Assembly: GCA_963695855.1 (NCBI GenBank)
Contig: CAVOHZ010000008.1
Span: 192,001-256,000 of the forward strand
Source of the DNA: an uncultured Nitrososphaerales archaeon
Lineage (GTDB): Archaea > Thermoproteota > Nitrososphaeria > Nitrososphaerales > Nitrososphaeraceae
Length of the DNA: 64,000 nucleotides
Direction: 5' to 3'
In this document: one piece after another, positions 9,941-20,153 of the stretch
Numbering within the stretch: position 1 is the first letter of the stretch
How the letters are laid out: each line of letters begins with the position of its first letter
Made by a program: the position numbers and the translations under genes
Notes under the pieces: model-generated
What the model saw: the letters and a program-made list of their open reading frames with translations, nothing else
What the model was told of the DNA's origin: nothing
Databases searched by the model: none

Positions 9941-10435
9941 CTATCCCAAAATTAACCTCCTGTAAACAATAATACTATTAGCCAATTGTACAAGACCGAG
10001 ATAGTTCTCATCCTTTTTTTCATATCTTGTAAATAACTTTCTGAATCTATTGTGCCATGAATTTGTTCTCTCTACCACCCATCTTTTTGCTGCAGGATGT
10101 CTCTTGTTAAGTTTCTTTTCTTCTCTTCTGTGTCGTATATGTGGAATATATCCTCTTTTGATAACTTCTTGTTCTATTTCCTTGGAATGATATGCTTTAT
10201 CAAGACATAGATTCTGCTTTTTCTTATTCTTCTTCTTGTTTCTATATTTTGCTATTGATGATGAAGATGGTGGTCTTTTGATAACAATATTATCAATTGT
10301 ATTTGTTGCAACAGTAGTAACATCGTGAGTATTTGAAGATGTTATAACAGTTGAAAGGGGAATACCATCTTTATCCGTTAAAATATGTCTTTTGGTGCCT
10401 AATTTACTTCTGTCAGTAGGATTATGTCCAGTCAT
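9941..10435 (-). CDS. IS5 transposase OrfB (DDE)
   Basis: GTKRHILTD, LCLDKAY and RWVVERTNSW. Confidence 0.9.
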   Translation of the reverse strand: MTGHNPTDRSKLGTKRHILTDKDGIPLSTVITSSNTHDVTTVATNTIDNIVIKRPPSSSSIAKYRNKKKNKKKQNLCLDKAYHSKEIEQEVIKRGYIPHIRHRREEKKLNKRHPAAKRWVVERTNSWHNRFRKLFTRYEKKDENYLGLVQLANSIIVYRRLILG

Positions 10436-10797
10436 CGCCCCCCTAAAGGTGATTTTACGGATATGCTATCAAGTGATTGCAATGTACATTTGATTCCTCT
10501 CTTGTTATCGTATATTTTTAACAATCTACTCCATAGTATATCAAATATACCTGATTCTCTGCATTCTTGAAATCTTCTATGACATGTTGAACCTGAACCA
10601 TATTCTTTGGGTAACATTTTCCATTGACATCCAGTCCTCAGGATAAAGATGATACCATCAAATACTTTTCTATATGGAACAATTGGACGACCTATTGTAT
10701 TGTCTGGTTTCTCATCCGGTAAAATATTTGTAATTTCATTCCAAAGATCATCTGGAATACATGTAATTGTTCTAATATACTTTTTATTCTTACTCAA
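10432..10797 (-). CDS. IS5 transposase OrfA
   Basis: LRTGCQWKMLPKEYGSGSTCHRRFQE; G6 run at the overlap with OrfB. Confidence 0.9.
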   Translation of the reverse strand: MSKNKKYIRTITCIPDDLWNEITNILPDEKPDNTIGRPIVPYRKVFDGIIFILRTGCQWKMLPKEYGSGSTCHRRFQECRESGIFDILWSRLLKIYDNKRGIKCTLQSLDSISVKSPLGGR

Positions 10798-11199
10798 ACA
10801 TTATTATATATGATAAGAAACCAACAAGCTATATTCCTATCTATTTTTGGGATAGGCTCTAAATGCGGCTTACAAAATATACAAGGATTAGCTACATTTT
10901 TGTATTTATCTCAGTGGTTTGTGAAACAAATTTACTTAATTTTTTGTACTTCTATATAAACAGTATATTTTTATAAAAATGTTAACCAAATTGATAGTAA
11001 TTTTTCTAAACAATTACTATTAATATTATTTTTAAAATAATAATACATACATCTTTTTCATTTTATTGTTAAAATCACAAAATATTTTATTTAACTCACA
11101 TTTTGAAAAGCAATATTTTTGGTAATTAATTTTTGATTGCAAGAAAAGCTTATTTTTAATCTATATCCATTAAATGGAAATAGTTGCTAAAAATATCAT

Positions 11200-12042
11200 T
11201 TATTTTTCAATAGGATTCCCAAGAGTATTACCCCATTCTAGCCATGAACCATCATAACTTTTTACATTAGGATAACCAAGAAGATATTTCAAAACAAACC
11301 AAGTATAAGCTGCTCTTTCCCCAATCCCACAATATGTTATTACTTCTTTATCGGGTGTAACATTTAGCGATTCATAAAGTTTTTTCAACTCATCTGCCGA
11401 TTTGAGACTTCCATCTTCATTAACCATTTTAGCCCAAGGTACATTTACTGCACCGGGGATGTGTCCTCCCATTTGACCATATTCAGTAGAATATTCTGTT
11501 GGAGCAAGTGTTTTTCCATTATATTCCTCATTAGTTCTTACATCAACCAGTACCTTGTCTTGAGAGCGTAATGCCTCTTTTACATAATTCATATAGACTC
11601 TTATACTTTTATCTGGGTCAGAGGCTTTGAAGTTCCCTCTTGGATAAGATGGAATATCTAAACTAAGTGGTCGGTTTTCGTCAAACCATTTCTTCCGTGA
11701 ACCATTCATTAATCTAACATCTTGAAATCCATAATACTTGAAAATCCAGAAAGCAAATGTTGCAAACCAGTTCTTCAAATCACCATAAACAATTAGTGTT
11801 GTCTCATTGTTTACACCTATCCGTTGTAATAAATGCTCTAGATCTTCTTTTGAGATTATATCTCTCTTCCATGAATCAATTATGTCTCTTTTCCAATCAA
11901 AGAGGACAGCTCCGGGAATATGCCCAAGCATATAGCTTGTAGCAGGAGTATAGTCAACTTCAACAATTCGTACTTTTGGGTCGTTTAAATGATCATTTAT
12001 CCATTGTGTACTGACTAAGACGTTAGGGCAAGCATAATCCAT
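11200..12042 (-). CDS. thiosulfate sulfurtransferase (tandem rhodanese, CysA/SseA type)
   Basis: GHIPGA x2, active-site YCGIGERA, YDGSWLEWG. Confidence 0.95.
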   Translation of the reverse strand: MDYACPNVLVSTQWINDHLNDPKVRIVEVDYTPATSYMLGHIPGAVLFDWKRDIIDSWKRDIISKEDLEHLLQRIGVNNETTLIVYGDLKNWFATFAFWIFKYYGFQDVRLMNGSRKKWFDENRPLSLDIPSYPRGNFKASDPDKSIRVYMNYVKEALRSQDKVLVDVRTNEEYNGKTLAPTEYSTEYGQMGGHIPGAVNVPWAKMVNEDGSLKSADELKKLYESLNVTPDKEVITYCGIGERAAYTWFVLKYLLGYPNVKSYDGSWLEWGNTLGNPIEK

Positions 12043-12278
12043 TATAACACACTAATTTCCTTGTACATTCTACTATGTTCAACTCTTTAATTGTTTCTTA
12101 AATAAAATAGGATATAATTTATTTATTCATTAGAACAGTTATTAAATCAGAGCAGTAACCAATAGATTGTCTTATTCTTTAATTATCATCTTTACATCAG
12201 GTTTTCTGTGATAGTGGTTTTTTTAGATAATAGGTTGGCTTTTTATGTAAGTATTGATTTCTTCTAGATTAGAGAAAC

Positions 12279-13166
12279 TTGAAGTTTCCCATGTTGAATT
12301 CTGATAATTCATTTTTTAAAGAAAAAGAATTGGATTTTGTCGATTTGTTATCTACAATTACGAATGAAATAATCTTTTGCAAAAGAGAAAGTAAATTGTC
12401 GAGATACATGTCAGATAAAGACAAAACAATTTTGGATGACAATAATACTTTTCCACAAATAACAGATATTCAAACTTACATTGCCGAAACTGAAACAAGA
12501 ATCTTGGAAGCATTTGAAAAGGGTTCTAGATTTAAGCCAAAAATAGAAATGGCTGAACAGTTTTTGCATCAGCATGTGGGTTCTAAATTGAAACTTGTAG
12601 CACTTTATGTTGATTTGGTTGATTCTACTTTAATGACTAGAGATTTTTCAGTCGAAAAGTTAGCTACAATAATACAGATGTTTACACAAGAAATGTCGGT
12701 TGCCGCCTCCAGTTTTAATGGACAGATATTAAAATATGTAGGAGATGCCGTGATAGTATATTTTCCTATAGAAGCAAATGATTCTGTTTCCTATAGTTCC
12801 GCAATAAATTGTGCATTTCATATGATTACTATTATTGACCAAGCGATAAATCCTATTTTAAGACGATATAATTATGACCCCTTGAAAGTAAGGATAGGGA
12901 TAGATGCTAGTGAACATTCAATTATTCACTATATTTTAGGTGAGAAATCCTATACCGATATTTTAGGTTACGGTATTAGTATGGCAGCAAAATTCACTAA
13001 ACTAGCAAAGCCTAACCAGATTATTACCAGTCATGGAATATATATTAGCATGCATCCATCACTAAGAAAGAGATTCTCAGAATTGGAGATATCTCCTAGA
13101 ATATGGAAATATATAGATGAAAGAATTCAACCTGGAGTTTGGCAATCACTGGATAAAATGCAATAA
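12279..13166 (+). CDS. class III adenylate/guanylate cyclase domain protein
   Basis: YVDLVDST, KYVGDAV, RIGID and DILG; the true start may be downstream (about 12408). Confidence 0.88.
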   Translation: MKFPMLNSDNSFFKEKELDFVDLLSTITNEIIFCKRESKLSRYMSDKDKTILDDNNTFPQITDIQTYIAETETRILEAFEKGSRFKPKIEMAEQFLHQHVGSKLKLVALYVDLVDSTLMTRDFSVEKLATIIQMFTQEMSVAASSFNGQILKYVGDAVIVYFPIEANDSVSYSSAINCAFHMITIIDQAINPILRRYNYDPLKVRIGIDASEHSIIHYILGEKSYTDILGYGISMAAKFTKLAKPNQIITSHGIYISMHPSLRKRFSELEISPRIWKYIDERIQPGVWQSLDKMQ

Positions 13167-13386
13167 TAAAGAAAAATTATTTGATATTAAAAAACATTAC
13201 ATTGAATATACAAGGTCATATTTTTCGATTATATAGGATATGTATGGTAATAGATTATCTCCTAAAATCAACAGTTACTTGTTATAATATTCATTGAAAC
13301 AATATATTACTATAGAATCAAAATGCAGGAATTATAATTTGAATCAATTACTTAAAAATAGTTATAAATCAAAACAATATATTTAT

Positions 13387-13626
13387 TTAGGATGTCTGGG
13401 TGATTGAGAATTTTAATAGTGGCATAGATGACAATAATAACACACATGAATTATCTTTTTCCAAAAAACTGCCAAATGCTATTACAACCTTTAAATTATT
13501 ATTTTGATGATGTTTAGAGGAACTATTATTTCTCATGTACGTAAGAAATTCATTTACTATCTCTATATTCCTGGAATTAGGGATAAACTGAATCCTTCCT
13601 ACTGTTGTAGATAGTTTCATTGGCAT
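13387..13626 (-). pseudogene. N-terminal fragment of a tyrosine recombinase/integrase
   Basis: MPMKLSTTV...EFLTYMRNN...HQNNNLKVVIAF resembles the N-terminal SAM-like domain of Nitrososphaeraceae integrases; no catalytic domain follows. Confidence 0.65.
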
Positions 13627-13994
13627 TTATGAGATCTTTCTCCTCTTATATACAAGATATAATATCAATTCCAAGTACATGAACCCGCTTATATAATGCG
13701 GCCAGTAGTTTCCGTTGTGATATTGGTACTAAAAACGGATTTAAAATATTATAGTTAATTACGAGCTATAAACTTTTCTATTTCACCAGATTTTATTTAA
13801 TTTTTGATATGATCTTGATTAAAATCTATAACTCAATTTTTGAAGATCTGTTATATCAATACCATTTTATCAGTTCTTGTATTAAATTTAGAATCGATTC
13901 GACTTATTCTTGACCTTTCTTAGTCAATTTATATTTTACTGGCATGTAAAAATGAATAATAAAAACCTTAAATGTATGCAAATGTATTATAACC

Positions 13995-14105
13995 ATGATG
14001 TCATCAGCAACCAAAGTCAATAAATGCGAAGAATGTGGTGAATCATTCAATTCTGAGCAGGAACTTAATAGGCATATTAACCAAGAGCATGTAGGAAACG
14101 CTTAA
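13995..14105 (+). CDS. 36-aa single C2H2 zinc-finger protein
   Basis: Hand-translated MMSSATKVNKCEECGESFNSEQELNRHINQEHVGNA*; canonical C-x2-C-x3-F-x5-L-x2-H-x4-H. Confidence 0.8.
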   Translation: MMSSATKVNKCEECGESFNSEQELNRHINQEHVGNA

Positions 14106-14233
14106 AATCCTTCTTTATTTATTTATATTTTTGATTTTTATTCTAAAAGTCTAGTGAGCGTTAGTAGAATAACAAAATAAAATTAAAAAAAATATCATAA
14201 TTAATCTAAGAAAATGAGAAAAAAGAGAAAAAT

Positions 14234-14788
14234 TTATTTATTGTATGATCTTTCTATCTTTCTTGCATAATTGAGGTTATTTTGAACAATATCGTTGTAA
14301 TATTTTTGTGTAAGTTCTACTAATTTATTAAAATGTTCGACGCCACCAACAGCAATTTCATTTATGAAATTTGTTGCATTTACAGTACCTTCTTGTATGT
14401 TTTTGTTTAATATGTTGTATGTCTCAGAATATCTTTCTCGAATATTGAAATCGACCCATGACTTGAAGGCGTTATCCAGAAATTTAAGATATGAGGATTG
14501 ATAGGTATTAAGGACATTTTTTTGTAACTCCACAAAGTTATCTGTTATTTCTTGGGAAGTTTTGACTATCTGGTCTTGATTTTTCCCAAAAGTATCTGTA
14601 CTCTTTTCTAAGATCCTTTTAGTATCCGCTTGGAATTTATTTGCGCTTTCGCTAATCTTTTTTGTAGCTTCAGATATGTTAGACACTGTATTATTAATTT
14701 GTTGATTCTGCTCATCTATGTATTCTTCTGTAGATTCCTTAGATTTCTTAGTACTTTCTTTTATATCATCTTTTTTGGTAGTAGACAT
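14234..14788 (-). CDS. helical Asn/Gln/Lys-rich protein, phasin-like
   Basis: 184-aa amphipathic helical composition; the phasin call is by resemblance only. Confidence 0.6.
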   Translation of the reverse strand: MSTTKKDDIKESTKKSKESTEEYIDEQNQQINNTVSNISEATKKISESANKFQADTKRILEKSTDTFGKNQDQIVKTSQEITDNFVELQKNVLNTYQSSYLKFLDNAFKSWVDFNIRERYSETYNILNKNIQEGTVNATNFINEIAVGGVEHFNKLVELTQKYYNDIVQNNLNYARKIERSYNK

Positions 14789-14839
14789 ATTATATAATAT
14801 ATAATCTTTGGGATATTAAGATTAGTATTGTAATGATGT

Positions 14840-15793
14840 GCATTGTTGCACAACTTGTTCTTCCCAACACATTTAGCTAACCAATTCTAGTCATATTATG
14901 TGAACTGGAGAAATTACAACGAATCTCTTGTTAAACGTGGTGAGGTATTACTGGATTTTGATATTATAGATAACTGGAATACTGAACTAGAGAAGATGAA
15001 TAAGGAAAAGGAAGGTAGGAAATTCGTATATCCAGATTCATTTGTCAAGTTATTGGGATATATGAGAGCATACTTTCACTTACCCTACAGACAAACAGAA
15101 GGCGTAGTTAGGGAACATGCTTTAAACACACTACCATCTATTCCAGATTATAGTAACATTAGCAGAAGAATAAATAGACTGGATATCAAGATTTCTGATG
15201 ATATAGCTAAATCTAGTGTACATGATGATAATTTTGTAATTGCAATTGATTCTACCGGTCTTAAAGTTACAAACAGGGGTGAATGGATTAGACACAAGTG
15301 GAATGTAAAGAGAGGATATCTAAAGATACATGCAGCAGGTGACATAAAAAAGAAGAGAATTCTATCATTAGATGTTACTAGTGAAGAAGTACATGATGTA
15401 AAAGTACTTCCAAAATTGGTTGATTATATAGCAATAAAACAGAATAAGGTAATAGATACTGCTATCATGGATGGTTCCTATGATAGTAACAAGATCTTTC
15501 AGTTTCTATCATTTAAAGGCATACAACCAGCAATAAAGGTAAGAAAGAATTCTAGATGCAGAAAGATCAATCATTACCTTAGAAACAAGACTGTAAAGAT
15601 CCAGAAGAATTATTTGCAAGAATGGAAAGATGGCGTACGTTATGGACAAAGATGGATGGTAGAGACTGTTTTTTTATGTATCAAGAGAATGTTTGGAGAA
15701 TATGTTACTGCTATCAGGTTAGCGAACATGATAAGAGAGATAATGTTGAAAGCATCGTTGTATAACTGGTTTCAAAGTATAACTATCAGATGA
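14840..15793 (+). mobile_element. IS5-family (IS903/ISH1-like) element with an intact 297-aa transposase (14900..15793)
   Basis: NWRNYNESLVKRG, AIDSTG, DGSYD and RWMVET; putative left end GCATTGTTGCACAA, right TIR not found. Confidence 0.9.
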
Positions 15794-15891
15794 GGAGTTT
15801 TTAGATAATTTAAAATATATTAAATTCGATGCTTATGTATAATGAACTTTTACAATTTTAGCAATAGTATTATCATGAATAACTGTTTTTA

Positions 15892-17229
15892 TTAATCAAA
15901 TATTTTTTTACATATATAGTTAATTTTAGTTACATATTCTTTTTTTGTAAAGACATATAATTTCAGAGGTAATTTTTCTTTAGGTATGACAGGAAATTTA
16001 TCATCCATTTCCTTTATTTTCCCATTCTTATCAATATACAAAAATGGCATTTCATCTGATAATAATGATTCTCTTGAAGACTTGTAACTTTTCATACCTA
16101 ATTCATTATTTTCAATGTAAACTATAACTAATTCTTTTGGAATTCCTGATTTCTCTGATAATTCTTCTTCATATTTTTCTAAAACTTTGGGATTTTTTAT
16201 CATTTCCATTCGTTTTCCAATCTGAATTTCTTCCATATTTTTTTCATAAGCACGTTTAAAAAGACGCCTATTTTTTAAATCGTTCATTATTGTAAATGAG
16301 TAACTATTGATATCATCAGTTTTCAAAACTAGTTCATAAATTGAACAGTCATCAAATTCAAAAAAGTTTTTAAGAAAATCCTGTTCACGTCCTTTGAATC
16401 TAAAAATTTCTTCTGATAATCCTCTTTCTGAAAATATTGCCAATTCTAATGATCGTAAAAACATCTGATCGGCTATTACTCTGGTATGATGTTGAATAAC
16501 TTGTACATATAGTGAAAAACGTGCTGATCTAAAACTGTCTACTGCAGGTATTCCCTTTTCTTTACTAACAGGATATTGAATTCCTCCATCTTCGGCAATT
16601 GTTAGAGTTGAGAGTATTCTTTCTAAATCAAAAATACCATATGTTGAGCCTGTATGATAAGAATCACGCCTAAGATAATCTAACTTATCTGCATCTAATT
16701 GACCAGAAATAATTGATTTAATAATACGATCAGGTTCTTCTTCATTGTTGTTTTCAAATAAATTCAAAACATCATTATAGATATCTGAAAGTATATTTTT
16801 TGAATTAACTTTTCCTTTTAATATAGAAGAAATATTTTCGTCATATTTTATTATTGCCTTGGTTACCTCCTCATGAGAAAATTTACGATCGTTTATTCTA
16901 ATTAAAATCTCCTCAAAAAGATGGGAAAAAGGTCCATGACCAACGTCATGTAATAATGCTGAAATCCTTGCAATTTCTCTTCTTTTATCTGTTATTTTAA
17001 AACATGAACACATTCTATCTGCAATGTGAAGTATGCCTAATGAATGCTCAAATCTAGTATGAACAGCACTTGGATAGACTAGATAAGTATGTGCAAGTTG
17101 TTTTATTCTGTTGAGTCTATGCATAAAAGGAGTAGCAATTAGAAGAGCCTCACGTTCTGAAAGATGAACAAATCCATATAATGGATCTCGTATTACCTTA
17201 TGATCCCAATATGATAGATCATAACTCAA
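15892..17229 (-). CDS. HD-domain phosphohydrolase, SAMHD1/YwfO dNTP-triphosphohydrolase-like
   Basis: IRDPLYG, RIKQL, HTRFEHSLG, LLHDVGHGPFSH and DADKLDYLRRD. Confidence 0.93.
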   Translation of the reverse strand: MSYDLSYWDHKVIRDPLYGFVHLSEREALLIATPFMHRLNRIKQLAHTYLVYPSAVHTRFEHSLGILHIADRMCSCFKITDKRREIARISALLHDVGHGPFSHLFEEILIRINDRKFSHEEVTKAIIKYDENISSILKGKVNSKNILSDIYNDVLNLFENNNEEEPDRIIKSIISGQLDADKLDYLRRDSYHTGSTYGIFDLERILSTLTIAEDGGIQYPVSKEKGIPAVDSFRSARFSLYVQVIQHHTRVIADQMFLRSLELAIFSERGLSEEIFRFKGREQDFLKNFFEFDDCSIYELVLKTDDINSYSFTIMNDLKNRRLFKRAYEKNMEEIQIGKRMEMIKNPKVLEKYEEELSEKSGIPKELVIVYIENNELGMKSYKSSRESLLSDEMPFLYIDKNGKIKEMDDKFPVIPKEKLPLKLYVFTKKEYVTKINYICKKIFD

Positions 17230-17245
17230 CGAAATTCAACTAAAC

Positions 17246-17803
17246 CTAGATTAAGTTAAGTAACTCTCTACTAGATTTTATTAAATCTTTATCATTAATA
17301 TTCCAACCATATTTTTTGGCCATTTGAGGTAAATAATATTCGTTCAGATTTGTTTTTGTTTTATTTTCAATATAATGAATTTTTGCAGCAAAAGATAATG
17401 CTTCTATTATATCTCCTTTTATTTCTTTTAGATTTTCAACAATTTTTTTTATTGTATTAAATGATTCTTTATTATTATTAATTAATTCTTCACAGTATTT
17501 TTTTCCCCTTTCTGTGAGTGAGTATGTATATAAGCCTCTATCATTTTCTGTTAAGAAATAGTCTTCATTAATCAATTTTAATGAAACCAAGCGACCTAGA
17601 CACATTGTTAACATAGGACTGAATGGACCATAATAGTGGTGGATATAATCATTATCAATATCTAATTTATTAACAACAAAGTATCCCAACTTTTGAAGAA
17701 TAGTTCTTCCTTTTATATAAGTACAATGCTCTGAAGCAGCAAGTATTAAAATAAGAAGATCGTATATATCCAATTTGTTACTATCAACCATAGTAAACGT
17801 CAT
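17246..17803 (-). CDS. YwgA-like winged-helix protein
   Basis: IKGRTILQKLGY, HYYGPFS and YSLTERG; 16 bp upstream of the HD gene. Confidence 0.8.
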   Translation of the reverse strand: MTFTMVDSNKLDIYDLLILILAASEHCTYIKGRTILQKLGYFVVNKLDIDNDYIHHYYGPFSPMLTMCLGRLVSLKLINEDYFLTENDRGLYTYSLTERGKKYCEELINNNKESFNTIKKIVENLKEIKGDIIEALSFAAKIHYIENKTKTNLNEYYLPQMAKKYGWNINDKDLIKSSRELLNLI

Positions 17804-17890
17804 TTATCCAGGAATATAAACAGATATCTACATATTTATGGATTTTTTTATTAGTATTTATACCAATTAGCCTATATTTTCTAATCAGAT

Positions 17891-18500
17891 TTCATTATAC
17901 TCACATATACAGATTTATGCATAAGTGGGGATTCAAGCATAAGGTACCAAGAAAAGTACATGTGAGCACAGCATCAAAAGAAGATAAAAAAGATTTTAAA
18001 AAAGAGCAAGAAAGATAATGGACAATCTAAAAAATGAATGCACAGTAGTATCTACAGACGAATCATTCTTCTTCTATGATACTTGTAAGAAGAGTCTGGA
18101 TAAAGAAAGATGAAAGACCAGTTGTAAGGATTACTGGATCTCATCGAGTCAGTTCTATTTGGTGCCACAAGTTTAGAAGGAAAACAGTTATTTAGACAGT
18201 GTAACTGATTTGATGAAAACACCTTTCTTGATTATCTAAAACAGATACATAAAAAATTTCCAAAATGTTATTTGTTCCTAGATAAAGCAAAACAGCATCA
18301 CAGATCAAAAAAGGTACTGAAATATTTTGATGAATACAAAAAAGATCTAATTCCAGTATATCTTCCAACAGCATCTCCAGAGTTTATGGTACTTGAGGAA
18401 TGCTGGAATATAGCCAAAACCGATCTACTTGTTCTACAGTATCATTCATCCTTTACAGATTTCAAAAATAAAATATCCTCGTATTTTAGAACAAAAAAGA
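17891..18500 (+). pseudogene. IS630-family transposase remnant
   Basis: Nucleotide homology to 26177-26850 with stops and frameshifts; FLDKAKQH and YLPTASPE. Confidence 0.88.
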
Positions 18501-19360
18501 TCAAGTTTAGAAAGATGGATGCGATAAAGCAAAAAACATATTATTTGCAATTATTTTTTCAAAAAAGATTTTAACAAGAGGTAAAAAAATTCTAATGAAT
18601 TTTCAAATGAAATTACTCACTTCTTTTACACAAGATTTTCAATTATAGTGTATATTGTCTTCATGTATACGTATTTCTCATGATCCATTTTACATAAGAA
18701 TCATTTCAAAATATCATGTAAAGAAAAATATACCTTTTGAGTTGATGCACAATAACAATAATTTGGTTATTTCGATCAAATCTGCATTGGAAAATAAAAA
18801 GATATTGTTTCAGGAACTTAAATTATTAGTTATTCATTAGAATTTCTCACAAAATAATGACCATCAGCCGTAAAGTTAATAGAACCTTGTTTCTATCTTG
18901 CCAAAAGTTGGGTATCATTCTTTGTCAATTTTATTCAAATATGACGTGTGAGAAAAAATCTTTTTTCTATTTTGTAAAAATGTTGAACTAATTGAAATTT
19001 GTTAGATGGGAAAAGAAACAATAACTACATAAGAAACACTATTGAGCAGTCTTCTTGTTCCGGTAAATTGTCCTAAAAATTTTCGCCTCAAATCAAAATA
19101 TCTAACTGCAAAAATGAATAACCCGTTGTTTAATTTGCTTATAATTTTATTTCATTTTGTGCGTTTTTTGTTTGATATTTCTTCATGAAAATGAGTATTA
19201 TTCTCATGTTTTTACATAAGAGAATTCAATATACTCTAATAGTCTATAAACAAGAGTAATGATTAGACATTTTGTATAAGTCGTTACACAAGACTATACT
19301 GTTAGTATTGTATAGATCGCAAAAGTATTACTTTATGGCAAAAAATTACAGTATATTAAA

Positions 19361-19564
19361 TTAAATATACCTTATCCAGTAATGACCAAAACTACAATTA
19401 AACGATCTCATCATTCGTAGTGAGGAATCCCATTCTACCCAATTACCGTCTTCATTATAGTATCCACCAGAAGTTTGAAAGAATGGCTTCATATCAACTA
19501 CAAAAACTTTACTTCTTAAGTTAAATTGTTTACATGTTGGACAAATGACTTTGTCTACCATCAA
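19361..19564 (-). CDS. small zinc-ribbon-like protein
   Basis: CPTC near the N-terminus and CSFGH near the C-terminus, 67 aa. Confidence 0.6.
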   Translation of the reverse strand: MMVDKVICPTCKQFNLRSKVFVVDMKPFFQTSGGYYNEDGNWVEWDSSLRMMRSFNCSFGHYWIRYI

Positions 19565-19684
19565 AATTCCTATGACGTGGTAATTATTATTATTTACTAA
19601 TTTATTTTGATCTTGTATTGATCTTTATCTTCTTTGGTTTGAATAATATCAATTGTTTTTTTATTTTGGTTAAGAAATAAAAGA

Positions 19685-20148
19685 AGAATTTTTATTACAT
19701 TTATCGTGGTCCTTGTACTGAGTGATATTTTATTTAGTCTTTTTAATCTGAACCTAATGCGATTACATCCAAATCTTTTTGTTATACGTAAATCCAGGAT
19801 TTGTCGTTCTATCTCATTTGTTACTTTTCCCTGGGTGTATATTATGTGGTTTTCTACTTTTATTCTGCAGATCATGTATTCCATACTTTAGGTACCTGTT
19901 CTTCCACTTGTAGTATGTCTTTCTGGATATCTTATACCATTTACAGATGTCAGTTATTGTATATCTCCTGTCCATTCTTTCTTATGAATTAAATTAAATC
20001 TTGTTTGTAATTCTATTTCGTATACACTTCCTAGCAGAACTAGAAAGTGTTACCTATGTCAGTAAACGAAATTGTAACCTATGTCAGTAAACGAAATTGT
20101 AACCTATGTCAGTAAACGAAATTGTAACCTATGTCAGTAAGTACAACA
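19685..20148 (-). mobile_element. IS481-like remnant (left end plus broken N-terminal HTH)
   Basis: EIERQILDLRITKRFGCNRIRFRLKR; the minus-strand end begins TGTTGTAC. Confidence 0.65.
20048..20140. repeat. 25-bp tandem repeat x3.7 within the IS end
   Basis: TGTAACCTATGTCAGTAAACGAAAT at 20048 (one mismatch), 20073, 20098 and 20123. Confidence 0.92.
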
Positions 20149-20153
20149 CTTAA

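Larger units (their letters stand above)
9937..10859 (-). mobile_element. IS5-family element with a two-ORF (frameshift-type) transposase
   Basis: Perfect TIRs GAGCCTATCCCAAAA / TTTTGGGATAGGCTC flanked by TA. Confidence 0.93.

Noticed and set aside
18600-19200. Possible degraded gene (also about 60150-60850)
   Set aside because: Short coding-like patches with many stops and no recognisable family
20048-20140. 25-bp repeats as CRISPR or plasmid iterons
   Set aside because: No spacers, and they are continuous with an IS-like terminus and transposase remnant
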